NCBI GenBank assembly: GCA_044892525.1
Contig: CM097886.1
Coordinates: 187,352,312-187,416,311 of the forward strand
DNA from: Schmidtea polychroa
Taxonomy: Eukaryota
Length of the DNA: 64,000 nt
Direction of reading: 5' to 3'
Made by a program: the position numbers and the translations under genes. How positions within the stretch are numbered: position 1 is the stretch's first letter; each line of letters begins with the position of its first letter. Of the stretch, positions 1-11,831 are shown piece by piece. Below the pieces are notes generated by a model. The model was not told the origin of the DNA and ran no database searches. It was given only the letters and a program-made list of their open reading frames with translations.

Positions 1-180
1 AAAGATTTATAAATAAAGATTAATAAATAATTCTCGATTTCATTCGATCCAATTTAAAATCCTTTTTAATTCTTTTTCAAAGGGAAACCACAGTTTTTTT
101 AATTATATTGTTTTAAAATACGCATTAAAAATATGAATTTGAAATTAGTTTTAATAATATTTGATAAGTTTTTGCAAATA

Positions 181-242
181 GGGTTCCGTCAAAAATTTGA
201 AATCAAAAAGGGTTCCCGGTGAAAAAGCTTTGGGAAACGCTG
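181..242. mobile_element. Terminus of a hAT-Charlie/Buster-type DNA transposon (rest of element off-window or decayed)
   Basis: GGGTTCC...GAAAAAGCTTTGGGAAACGCTG ends in CTG and is followed by ACCTAGAT, which fits the NTCTAGAN-like Charlie target. Other end not seen. Confidence 0.55.
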
Positions 243-850
243 ACCTAGATAATTCATTATTGGTTGACCTAAATTAGTCCCTATTGATTGGCTTAGATAA
301 TTTCCTATTTACTGATCTAGATAATCCCATATTGGCTGATCTAAAAAATTCCCTATTGGCTGACCTAGATAGGCCCATATTGGTTGACCTAAATAATTCC
401 CTATTGATTGGCCTAATTAATTCACTATTGGCTGACCCATATAATTCCCTATTGATTGGCCTAATTAATTCACTATTGGCTGACCCATATAATTCACTAT
501 TGATTGGCCTAATTAATTCACTATTGGCTGACCCATATAATTCACTATTGATTGGCCTAATTAATTCACTATTGGCTGACCCATATAATTCACTATTGAT
601 TGGCCTAATTAATTCACTATTGGCTGACCCATATAATTCACTATTGATTGGCCTAATTAATTCACTATTGGCTGACCCATATAATTCCCTATTGATTGGC
701 CTAATTAATTCACTATTGGCTGACCTAGGTAATTCCCTATTGGCTGACCTAGATAGGCCCATATTGGTTGACCTAAATAATTCCCTATTGATTGGCCTAA
801 TTAATTCACTATTGGCTGACCCATATAATTCACTATTGATTGGCCTAGAT
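243..850. repeat. 48-bp minisatellite (CTATTGGCTGACCCATATAATTCACTATTGATTGGCCTAATTAATTCA), built of two related half-units; intronic in MPP5
   Basis: Direct tandem repetition, seen as 16-aa periodicity in ORFs 274..762 and 284..865. Confidence 0.95.
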
Positions 851-1155
851 AATTCTCTGTTGTAGAATTATGAATAAAAACAATGCTGAAATGGAAAATG
901 AAAATGGTGAATCAAATTGAAACCATATCAAAAAGCGATATGAATTATTCCCCCATCGAAATCTCCTTCATAATAACCGCTGGCAAAAGCATCGAGATGG
1001 GAAAAGAATTCAGCAGGTGTCAAAGATCAAAGGTGTCGCAATGGGTAAGCAGGAATATGACAATGAATTAATTGAGATTGTTTACCAATTGTCAACAGAA
1101 TCTCTCCCATTTATCATGGATTGGGATTAGAATAAATATGGAAATAAATGTTTAC

Positions 1156-1245
1156 CGTGACACCATTTTGTGGCCGGTTCATTGAGCCTGAGTAGCTGTC
1201 ATTCACCGAGGCAACGGTAAATCGGACTGTGCCCGTGATTCTGGC
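1156..1245 (-). CDS. MPP5: MPP5-like exon 7 (end of PDZ, ARITGTVRFTVAS...GVT)
   Basis: AATAG acceptor, GTAAAC donor, 90 nt, phase 0/0. Confidence 0.8.
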
Positions 1246-2556
1246 CTATTATTCCATTTACTTACTGTCATTAAGCAATGAATTAACTTACTAGAATGTC
1301 TGACACTTCATTGACATCTTTCCCTGTCAGTTCCAAATCATTGACAGATAGCAATTCGTCTCCTTCCTTCAGGAGGCCTAAATTGAATGATGGGAAATTG
1401 AAGCAAATAAGCTAAGGACATTAATGGCCCTTGTAATGAAATAATATTATATGTATTACAGTAAACCCTCCAACTGCGCGGTAGATACGTTCCACAAAAA
1501 CAACGCGCAAACCGAAACCGCGCACTGTGAACCCGATTTTATATGTAATTATGGGGTTAGGTTCCAGATATTACAAAAATATTAAAAAATATAATAATTT
1601 TATATTATGTAAGCTTTGGCGATGTTTAAACTTTTCAAACCATCCTTTACTCGCTTCGAATTTAATTTCGCCTAAATTAGATGACCCAGGTTCTTCCTTT
1701 TGTAACCGATTAAATACTAGTAACGCTTTAGTTCGAATAACAGCAGCACTAAGTGGCATTCTCTTTTGATTTTGATCTTCAATCCAAAAGCTTAACACTT
1801 TTTCTGTTTTCTCTATTATTGGATTTCGTGGTTTTTTTAATGTTTTTGCAGCTAGCGATGTAGAACAAACTACTGAACTTTTAATTTTTTCGGCATTCAA
1901 TTTAATCCTCCTTATGCTGGATTCGTTCATATTGTGTCTCTTAGCTAAAACAGACATTTTTTCGCCATTTTCTAATTGCTTCACAATTTCAAGTTTTGCC
2001 TCTAACGTCAATATTTTTCTTTTGCCAGCTTTTTCCATTATTATATATAAGGTGTAGAAATTATTAAAAACCTATTAAATCAAAATGAGTATTAAATCAA
2101 AAATCAAAAATTTTATTTATACTTACTTTATAACACTCTTTAATTGATGTAATAATTTTTATTACGGTTATATCTAATGCACACGAATAAGATTTTTTTG
2201 AATTTAATACTAATATATTTTTGATTAAATAAACACTTGTATAAATATCTATTAATTAAAACTATGTAATTTTACATCCTAATCCTAACCACATCACTAG
2301 AAAAATGAAACTGCCTTTATTATTTTTATATAAAAAATACAGTGCATCGAAATACGATGAATCACTATTTTCACTACCATATGTATTCGTAGTTTTACGG
2401 GATTCGCCATAAAAAATTAAATTGACATGATTTTTCTTGTTAAAATAGACAAAAACAAAAAAACCGCGCAGCTACGAAATTTTTAGCGCGCAGATCGAAA
2501 TTTTGTATTAAAGGTTTGGCCGCGCAATGAAAAACCGCGCAGTTGGAGGGTTTACT

Positions 2557-2615
<59 letters not shown>

Positions 2616-5600
2616 GTTATGGTGGAATTTTATTTGTTCTGACACTCGGCAACCAGAAAATGTCTTAAGGAATGGCCTAACAGAGGATTTGATCTGTGAG
2701 TGTTCCCTTTATTGGGTCAAGGCAAGGGCTATGTAGGAGACAGCGATTCATGCTGATAAAATGCACAATGATTGCAGCGCTTGTATGTGGTGGTAAGTGT
2801 TGTTGGAAGGTATGGTTGGAGGAGGGGCTGGGGAGGGGGGTATGTGAGGGGCATTGTGATGATCATTTATTGATGTACTGAAGTGACAAGCTGTGAACTT
2901 CGATATCAATTAGTTTCATGAGCTTCGGTGGTTTTGTCATGCCTCTTTGATAATTTATCTTAATTTCTCAATCCTCTTTAGAATGGTTGGCGGTTACCAA
3001 TCAGATGTCATCAAATTCTCCTCAATTATATTCCATGGCAAATTCACCCAATTTAATTCTAGGACAGGAGAGCAAGTGCAAGGTGGATATGGTTAATGGC
3101 CAACATTTCATTAATATTTCATGCGGGTGGACACGAGGATGAACAAATATGGACACCGTCATGGCAGGTAGCTCAGAAATATATGAACAGCATTGGCAAG
3201 CAGTATCTCACCAAGTAATTAATNNNNNNNNNNNNNNNNNNNNNNNNNNNNNNNNNNNNNNNNNNNNNNNNNNNNNNNNNNNNNNNNNNNNNNNNNNNNN
3301 NNNNNNNNNNNNNNNNNNNNNNNNNNNNNNNNNNNNNNNNNNNNNNNNNNNNNNNNNNNNNNNNNNNNNNNNNNNNNNNNNNNNNNNNNNNNNNNNNNNN
3401 NNNNNNNNNNNNNNNNNNNNNNNNNNNNNNNNNNNNNNNNNNNNNNNNNNNNNNNNNNNNTGAAAATGTCCATGAGAAACGTAATCCATAAGTAATATCG
3501 AGAGAGAGAGAGAGAGGAATTATTGTTGATGGCACAATATTGATGCTCGCCCCCCCTTCCTCATCCTCTCACACCCCCCTATCCCAACACCACTTCATAT
3601 AGAACAACTCATGCATATCTGTATCAGATCAGATGATTAGAGGCTGATAAGAATACATGAGAAAGAATGATAAAATCTCCTAGGACATCATTGACAATCA
3701 GATAGTAATATATTCATTCAATATGGCAAATCATGCAGATGAGGGGATAAGAATACTATTCAACTCATGCCGTTCATATCTGGTTGCCCAGTTGACATGA
3801 AATTAGGATATTTATTCTCACATATCAAGGAAATGATCATATGGTGTGAGGAATATGGATAAATAATGCCAAAGGTGGACACAGGCCTTGAGATGGAGCG
3901 GGCAATGAATATCACTAACCTGATTTATGAGCAATGCCTCCCATGACAATTCTCCCAACTATGACAGCCTCCTTCTCATTGCGTACAGTCGCGCCCTAAA
4001 TTATCATTCAAATTATTATTAATTCTATATCATGAAGAATAATAGAGCAACCAGAGGATGTTTGCCCTTTTCTAGCACAACAAATTTTATAGGAATGTCT
4101 CTGTCAGAGAGATGGATCTGTGTATAGCAGCCTTCTAATGGGGACTTGATAATGCGCACCGTATTTTCTGATTTCCTAGCCATTGATTTTGATCGCTCCT
4201 CTGAAACTGGACTCTTTAGTTCTGATTTTGTAGGAGAGCTTGGAGTGACATCTTGTTGAGTGAACTCGTTAATTTCTGAAATCCTCCGTTCCTCAATGCT
4301 AAAGGAAATGTTGGCACATTGGTCATTGGCGTAGCATAGAGCCTGAAAGGTACAGAAATGTATCACAGCGGATATGTCATTATATTGTGAATTGCACATA
4401 TCAAATTGACCAATAAAAATTTCAGAATATGAAGGCCAAAGGTTGAGGACAAATTTGATTGTTGATGTATGTGTAGAATCAATGAACTGTGCAAGGGATC
4501 ATTAATTATATATACTTCATAAAGATGGACAAATGAGAATGGTAAAGGAAAATAATGGAGAACCAAAATGAGCTATATACAGCCTACCCTGTCAATGGTG
4601 GCCATAGGCAATAGGGGACATTAGAATTGATTTCATAGGATTGATTTCATTGTTATTATTTATTAAAAGGCTTGATGATGATGAATCAGTAATATATCGA
4701 TGTGTTTTTGATATTCACGGATTTTCGGCACTGCCTTCTCAGGTGATTCTGATGAAATATTTGATCAATATATTTATTGATTTATTGTTTTCAAGCTTTT
4801 TAATAAATACTACGCAAAATATGTCAGTGGTGATATTTGAAAAAAACATTTTTATTATTGTTTATATTCATTAAATTTTAAAATTTGCCCATATATATAA
4901 TGAATCGAGAATTTGAAAATAAGAAAGATCAAACGAACAAAAAGAAAAGATTAACTATTCAACAAATGAGAGCCCTGTGGGAGCATATGGGAATCAGATC
5001 CAGATAAAAGGCATTTGGAACTTGCATTAAGCAGTATAAACTTGATGATGTTACAACAAAATCCAATAAAGAATAATGAAGAGAGAAATAAGAACAAAAC
5101 GGTCAGGACCAAATTCAAAATGATGGTGAATGGCTTCATTATAATCCAGGATATAAATCCTTTCACGAGATGGCATTAGAACTTTCCAAGCCTTTCGACG
5201 CCAATAATTGTAAAGCTTCAAATGGTTGGATCCAAAGATTTAAACAACGTCACAATATGACTAGTAAATTAATATCTGGCGAGGCTGGATCAGTAAATGA
5301 TAATGACATTGATCAATTCACAACGACCTATGGAAGTAAACTAAAGCAATATAACCCTAGCGATATTTACACCTTGGTTATCCTTTATATGTACTCCGTT
5401 GAGAACATTGGTGATGCAAGGAGGAGATCATGGGAGCAGGAAATGCTCAAAAGAGCGAATAACATAATGATTTGGGGTTAATTTAACTGGAGATAAACGA
5501 ACCCCATTGATGATAGGCAAGGCAAGAAATATAAATCGAATTGATGAGGATGGATGTCATGGGAGGTTTATTTAATGGCTAAGGAAATGGGCGGATAGGG

Positions 5601-8600
5601 AAATGTTATTAGCACTTGATGATGCTCCAGTTCATCCTCCCGTTCTCTTCTTCCCCCTTAATTGCACTTGCAATCATTCAGCCCCTTGACCAAGCAATGA
5701 GATGAAATTGAAGGATGATTGAATGATAATTGTTGATGCTTGGGAGGAGGTAAGAACGGAATCAGTGGCCAATTGCTTTCATAGCGCCATAAATAATTCT
5801 ACACTCGATACCAATGGCCTGCCGGAGCTTCTAGCTGGCATTGATGCAAATGTTCAACCATTGATATATGAAATATTGATCAAATAATAATAATGATTTC
5901 AGCTCTATCAATGAATAATATTTCACATTTTATCGATTGAATTGATCAGATCACATTTGATAGTGCAGTGCAATTGTGCAATTGACATACCAACTCAAGC
6001 CGTGATACATGATGTGATCGGTAGTAATATTGTTGATGCCGCTCATGCTCAGTGTTCCATTCATTCATTCGCTCATTCGCTCAGCGCGATATATTCGCCA
6101 ATTAACTCACACCCTCCACCACCCCCCCTCCATCCTTCTTATCTAGTAGCGATTGATTCATCTCAATCCGGAATTCGTTCAGAACTAGATGAATTAATAG
6201 ATTAGCAAATGTGTATACGACAGCAGTTGGATGACGATTGGGATGTTCATGATGGATTCCTATGGTAGCAGGTTGCATTGATTGTTCACTCGAGGTAATG
6301 GGGGAGGGGGAATTCCTTCTCTATCCCTAGATGATTGGATGGGTTACCAATATATCTATTTATGGTGCTCTCGCTTCCATTTCCATTTCCTTCACATGCT
6401 CACCATTATCACCGTGTTAAGCATTTGCATACCTGAATGCCTGGACCTCTGCTGCCAGTAATATAAAGGTGTAATGAACCACAATTAAGGTCACTAATCT
6501 GGACCCACCTTGTACCCTCCTGCCCAAGCTTTATTTGCCCAATGTTTCACCATCATTGATACATGATTAACAAATGAATGCAATCATTGCAATTATTCCA
6601 GCCGCTCTAGGAATGGCATTCCACAATAAATGCCACCATATCAGCATTCCCTATGGCAATAAATGCAGTGCCAGGCCAGATGTGCTGCACCCAGTTTATC
6701 ATAGGCTTTCATCAATTAATACCAAGAGGAGAGAAATGAGAATAAAAACTTCACTAATAAATTATTTGATGCTGTCAGTAGTATAATTAATTCTATTTCA
6801 GGTCACACATGTTTTCTCCCCCCCCCTTATTAGCACAATTCTATCAAATATATATTNNNNNNNNNNNNNNNNNNNNNNNNNNNNNNNNNNNNNNNNNNNN
6901 NNNNNNNNNNNNNNNNNNNNNNNNNNNNNNNNNNNNNNNNNNNNNNNNNNNNNNNNNNNNNNNNNNNNNNNNNNNNNNNNNNNNNNNNNNNNNNNNNNNN
7001 NNNNNNNNNNNNNNNNNNNNNNNNNNNNNNNNNNNNNNNNNNNNNNNNNNNNNNNNNNNNNNNNNNNNNNNNNNNNNNNNNNNNNNNNNNNNNNNNNNNN
7101 NNNNNNNNNNNNNNNNNNNNNNATGATATAAAACTAAATTATACAATGAGATATATAAATTGAGATAAATAAAAGAATGCTATGCTTCTATTTTCTACTT
7201 TCAACCAAATCCGAGCATATAATTATTATGTTGACTGATGGCGTGCAATAATAATATTATCATCATTATCTCAAGGGGTCTGAGACCTTCATTTCATAAC
7301 CAGCAGCAAGCTCCTAGTTTTATTCATATCATAAACATCGAGACTTCAGAATTTATATATTTTATAGGTTTAATTTACTTGACTTTCTTTTTTATAATAT
7401 TCANNNNNNNNNNNNNNNNNNNNNNNNNNNNNNNNNNNNNNNNNNNNNNNNNNNNNNNNNNNNNNNNNNNNNNNNNNNNNNNNNNNNNNNNNNNNNNNNN
7501 NNNNNNNNNNNNNNNNNNNNNNNNNNNNNNNNNNNNNNNNNNNNNNNNNNNNNNNNNNNNNNNNGTCCTATTTATTCCAAAACAAGATTTATTTGATCTT
7601 TCTGGTTGAATTTAACTTCTTCTCCTCTTGGTGTACAAATCCTATAAAGCATTTCCCATCAAATAAAAGGTGCTGTAATGCTCTAATGTATCCCAAAGGG
7701 ATGTCTAGGCCATGTTCCACATGTTAATGATGAATTGGATTAAATTATGATCTCAGGGTTAGATATGAGGGGCAATTTCATATATTCATGAAACGAATTG
7801 AATAGTTTCGTCAGATCCAAATAATTGTTGATCTCGTTCACTTATGGATTTCTGTAGCTCGCGCATAATATCATTTGTCATGCATGACCAGACACGGTCA
7901 GGAGAACCAATCGGAATGTTGTACGCATTTATACACATACACACACGCACACATACACGCAAATACTTAGTTCTCAATGTGCTCATGAACATATGGCTCA
8001 CATTTCAGCACCCCATGATCAATGCAGCCGTGAAAATCAACCGCCATAGCTAAGTATATGCACAAGTCCATAGAAAACCAATCAAAACAAAATTGAGAAA
8101 TAACAACAGAAACAATAATAAAAATTCCAAATCCAAATAATTTGATTGATAAAGGAAAAGATTAAGGGAAAATAAGGGGGGGGGGGGGGGGGTACTTGCT
8201 CAATTATCAAATAAAAGCTTACTTCCAAATCAGGATTTGACAACAGTTGGAGCAGCTCTTGCATTTGATATTTATAATGTGACTCTTTTGACTGTAAGTG
8301 ACCAGCGGACAGCGACGCGTTGACCTTCTTCAATTTCCGTTGTGCTGAAGATTTCCCTGACAATGGCGGATGGCCATAATTGGTCAAAATTTCATGAACC
8401 GCTATGCTCATCCGGTAGGAATCTTGGAATCCGTCGCTTTGCACATATTTCTGTAACCAGTCTAGGTCTGACTTGGAGAGAATGTTCCGATTGGGTTTGC
8501 GTTTGCAAAGAGCTTCCGTGAATCTGACAATATCTGCAAGGGATAACACACATTCAACTCTATTAGATAAATTAGATAATTATCAGGCTCATACTGTACA

Positions 8601-11600
8601 CCTTTCTCATTCGATATTATTGTTATAGGGAGGAAGGAGAGGATTGAAGGAGAGCGGTGAAGTGTCAGGCCAGATCTTACTCAGGAGGGAAATTAAGTGA
8701 TGTCTGGTAGTTGCTACAATGTATCAAATCTATGTACCTAGACATATACATACACCTAGACATATACGTAGACATAGACATACACCTAGACATATACGTA
8801 GACATAGACCTAGACCTAGACATATACGTAGACATAGACAAATATAACAAAAGACATCAAACAACAGAAATTGTACAGAAATTATAACCAAAATTGAGCA
8901 GGCAAAACCAGCTCGGTCAGATATATAAATGTGAAATCAAATTTATGCGTAAAATTCAATTATCCGCATGCTATCCGTAATTTATACGTATAATCAACGC
9001 ATGTGAATTGTTTGCTTTCTTTGCATTGAATTCGAACCGAATGGCATCAATGCGTTTCGGTTGTTGGATGCTTTTAATATGTGATTTGATAGAGGCAATG
9101 TAAGATTTACATGTTTGTATAGAGGGGTTTGGGGAGAGGGGGGATTAACACAGATTTATATCATTTCCTATCCCATTCACGGGCAGCTTTATGGCACTGC
9201 CCAGATTTATTGATGCTAACAAATGAGGAAATGTGAGAACTATGATCACAGATGAGGATGGGGCTCATGAATGGGTCTGTATGATCAATCTTGCTAATAA
9301 ATAATCCCTCAATAGCAGATGAAATGATCCTCATTGCCATGGGAGAATCTAATAATTCATTCATTCTATGGGACAAACTGAGCAATCATGCCTCATTTAG
9401 GTACCGGTGAGAATTCATGCGGTAATTAACGGCGGGATTGATGGCGAGTTATGCTCGCTCATTATTTCTGTCAGTAATGATCAGTTTCATGTTTGTTATT
9501 TACTGATGGCTCGTCACGGTTGCTGATGATGCGATTCATTGGTTATGCTGGGCTCTCAGTTCATATGGAGCATTTAATTATGATTGGGCTCTGTGCATAT
9601 CTGTACATATCTGTGTCTCTGTGTGTGTGCGTGCGTGTGCGCGTGCGTGCGTGTGCGTGTGCGCGTGCGCGCTGTACTATATCAATTACATTGGCCAATA
9701 AGAGCGCTGGAATCATGATTGCATATTTCAATGACAAAACTTACGCATTTAGATCTATGGAGACAATTTCTAGCTGTCTAGTAATAATTGGTCACTAATC
9801 TGTTGTAATGTCTCAGTGAGACTTTTGTGTCAATTTGCATATTAGCACAATTGCTATAATTGCTATTTTACAGTGGATAATGAATAATACTTGACATGCA
9901 TATAGGAGCAGAGTGGAGTAGAGAGGAGCAGAGAGCAGCAGAGAGGATCACAGTGGAGCATATAGGAGCAGAGTGGAGTAGAGAGGAGCAGAGAGCAGCA
10001 GAGAGGATCACAGTGGAGCATATAGGAGCAGAGTGGAGTAGAGAGGAGCAGAGAGCAGCAGAGAGGATCACAGTGGAGCATATAGGAGCAGAGAGCAGCA
10101 CAGTGGAGCATATAGGAGCAGAGAGGAGCATATAGGAGTAGAGAGGAGTATATAGGAGTAGAGAGGAGTATATAGGAGCACAGTGGAGCATATAGGAACA
10201 GAGTGGAGCAGAGAGGAGCACAGTGGAGCAGAGAGGATCACAGTGGAGAATATAGGAGCAGAGAGCAGCACAGTGGAGCATATAGGAGCAGAGAGGAGCA
10301 TATAGGAGTAGAGAGGAGTATATAGGAGCACAGTGGAGCATATAGGAACAGAGTGGAGCAGAGAGGAGCACAGTGGAGCAGAGAGGATCACAGTGGAGAA
10401 TATAGGAGCAGAGAGCAGCACAGTGGAGCATATAGGAGCAGAGAGCAGCACAGTGGAGCATATAGGAGCAGAGAGGAGCATATAGGAGTAGAGAGGAGTA
10501 TATAGGAGCACAGTGGAGCATATAGGAACAGAGTGGAGCAGAGAGGAGCATATAGGAGCAGAGAGGAGCATATAGGAGTAGAGAGGAGTATATAGGAGCA
10601 CAGTGGAGCATATAGGAACAGAGTGGAGCAGAGAGGAGCATATAGGAGCACAGTGGAGCAGAGAGGAACAGTAGTACAGGGAACATAAATAAACACAGGA
10701 GCAACACGGAACCCCCTCAGTGGGGCACAAAGGGGCCAGCAGTGTGCATATGAATGAACCAATCAAACTGCACCAATCAAATAAGCCACAAATGTGAATA
10801 TCCCAAAGGTATAAATCAGAATTGATGAGAAAACGATAATTTTCACAAATATAAATCCCTTTCAACGATTAATTGATTAATTAATTAATATATAATTTAT
10901 TGAATAATCAATAATTGAGCGAATTATAAAAATGAAATTGATTGGAAAATATTTCAGACGAGAAATTCGTCGATTTGAAACAAATAATAAACTCGATAAT
11001 TCTATTGCGATGTAATCGTAATTCAGTTAATTATTATCTCAGTTATCATTGATGCGAGTGTTTGGTGGCGAGTGTTTAGTGCGAGCGCGTTGTCGAGTGA
11101 AATACGAGCTCGATTGAATAATAGATGAGTGCAAGAGAGAGAGAGAGAGAGAGAGTAATGGTGATGACACACAAACACGCATCAACAATGCGCACACGAG
11201 CAACTCTCAGCTCGCACACCAACACGAATACATGCATGCATATGTGTAGCTGTGTGTGTGTGCGTGAGATAATTGTAATTGGTGCCAGCAATGCTAGGGT
11301 TCCTGTCAGCCTATCCTATGCATCCAATCCTCTGCATCCAATCCTCTGCATCCAACCCTTAATGCCAGTGAATAAGCTGCCCCCTCACCATCAGCAGCAA
11401 TTGGTGCTAGCTATGCTAGGGTTCCTGTCAGCCTATCCTCTGCATCCGATCCCCATTAACAATGCCTTAATCTGCCACCCCCCACCATCGGCAGTAATTA
11501 TCACAATGCATACCAATATCCAGCCTTGCCATATCATTGTCTGTATTCTCCAGCACGAAGGCTGGATTCATTTTGTAGTTGAGTTTCTTCGATTTCTCCA

Positions 11601-11831
11601 AAGCTCGCAACCTATCTGATGATCGCAACGAGCTGTGGAGGAATTGATTCATCTTTTCTTCCTCTTTTGATTTCTCTTTGCGTTTGCTCAATCTCTCTTC
11701 ATAGTACTGAATTTTGTTGAGATTGTCTGTGAATGACAGAATGGTGAGAATTCTAATGTCAAATCTAATCATTTACCAGCATTTTGATAGGTTTCCTCAT
11801 GCATATTATTCGGTTGGAGAACTCCTGTCAT
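1156..11831 (-). CDS. MPP5: MAGUK p55 family PALS1/MPP5/Stardust-like protein, 5' part (N-terminus, L27N, L27C, PDZ); SH3-HOOK-GuK expected beyond the left edge
   Basis: Phase-compatible GT-AG exons 11831-11777, 11726-11514, 8533-8223, 4342-4052, 3995-3920, 1377-1292, 1245-1156. The spliced PDZ reads IKFVVLEKGKHPL-GATVRNEKEAVIVGRIVMGGIAHKS-GLLKEGDELLSVNDLELTGKDVNEVSDIL-ARITGTVRFTV, matching the PALS1 PDZ (PLGATVRNE..VI..RIV.GG.A.KSGLL.EGDE.L..N.....GKDVNEV..LL). L27C reads ELLQLLSNPDLE-ALCYANDQCA. Confidence 0.9.
1292..1377 (-). CDS. MPP5: MPP5-like exon 6 (PDZ, GLLKEGDELLSVNDLELTGKDVNEVSDIL)
   Basis: TTTAG acceptor, GTAAGT donor, 86 nt; absent from the ORF track because it is short. Confidence 0.92.
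1459..2557 (-). mobile_element. Internally deleted pogo/Tigger DNA transposon in MPP5 intron 5
   Basis: Perfect 24-bp TIRs CAGTAAACCCTCCAACTGCGCGGT (1459-1482 and 2534-2557), TA on both flanks, internal CENP-B-type ORF. Confidence 0.95.
1571..2038 (-). CDS. Truncated Tigger/pogo transposase: HTH_psq plus HTH_Tnp_Tc5 (CENP-B-like) DNA-binding domains only
   Basis: KRKILTLEAKLEIVKQLENG...NESSIRRI and LSFWIEDQNQKRMPLS..VIRTKA...FEASKGWFEKFKHR motifs; no DDE domain follows. Confidence 0.9.
   Translation of the reverse strand: MEKAGKRKILTLEAKLEIVKQLENGEKMSVLAKRHNMNESSIRRIKLNAEKIKSSVVCSTSLAAKTLKKPRNPIIEKTEKVLSFWIEDQNQKRMPLSAAVIRTKALLVFNRLQKEEPGSSNLGEIKFEASKGWFEKFKHRQSLHNIKLLYFLIFL
2558..2620. repeat. 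(TTA)n microsatellite abutting the Tigger TIR
   Basis: About 20 TTA units. Confidence 0.95.
3920..3995 (-). CDS. MPP5: MPP5-like exon 5 (PDZ, GATVRNEKEAVIVGRIVMGGIAHKS)
   Basis: TTTAG acceptor, GTTAGT donor, 76 nt, phase 0/1; joins exon 6 as GGC (Gly). Confidence 0.92.
4052..4342 (-). CDS. MPP5: MPP5-like exon 4 (end of L27C, linker, start of PDZ)
   Basis: TTTCAG acceptor; 291 nt inside ORF 4025..4399; weak GTTGCT donor. Confidence 0.85.
5170..5800 (+). mobile_element. Degenerate Tigger/pogo transposase remnant in MPP5 intron 3
   Basis: KASNGWIQRFKQRHN...GEAGSV...Y.PSDIY in ORF 5170..5481. Broken-frame DDE_1 motifs follow: NLTGDKRTPLMIGKA, LDDAPVHP, IQPLDQ, AWEEV...VANCF. Confidence 0.8.
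8223..8533 (-). CDS. MPP5: MPP5-like exon 3 (L27N and most of L27C)
   Basis: TTGCAG acceptor, GTAAGC donor, 311 nt inside ORF 8082..8549; DLDWLQKYVQSDGFQDSY resembles L27N. Confidence 0.85.
8735..8840. repeat. Short tandem repeat (CCTAGACATATACGTAGACATAGA-like)
   Basis: Direct repetition. Confidence 0.8.
9896..10670. repeat. 10-bp-unit satellite (NNNNGGAGCA variants: TATA-, GAGA-, CAGT-, GAGT-) with 60-bp and longer higher-order blocks
   Basis: Direct repetition; explains ORFs 9863..10111, 9868..10707, 9896..10135, 10068..10865, 10388..10762. Confidence 0.95.
11514..11726 (-). CDS. MPP5: MPP5-like exon 2 (EEEKMNQFLHSSLRSSDRLRALE...NPAF)
   Basis: TCACAG acceptor, GTATGC donor, 213 nt, phase 1/1; resembles the PALS1/Stardust N-terminal EEE..FL.SSLR.S..L.ALE...NP.F segment. 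Confidence 0.75.
11777..11831 (-). CDS. MPP5: MPP5-like first coding exon (MTGVLQPNNMHEETYQNA)
   Basis: ATG with in-frame TGA immediately upstream, GTAAAT donor, 50-nt intron, phase matches exon 2. An upstream TTTTAG suggests a further non-coding exon. Confidence 0.6.

Noticed and set aside
274-865. ORFs of 162 and 193 aa
   Set aside because: Translations of the 48-bp minisatellite.
9161-9385. Possible extra MPP5 exon
   Set aside because: No MAGUK motif and no phase-compatible donor found.
9863-10865. Overlapping Leu/Cys/Ser- and Glu-rich ORFs
   Set aside because: Translations of the 10-bp satellite.
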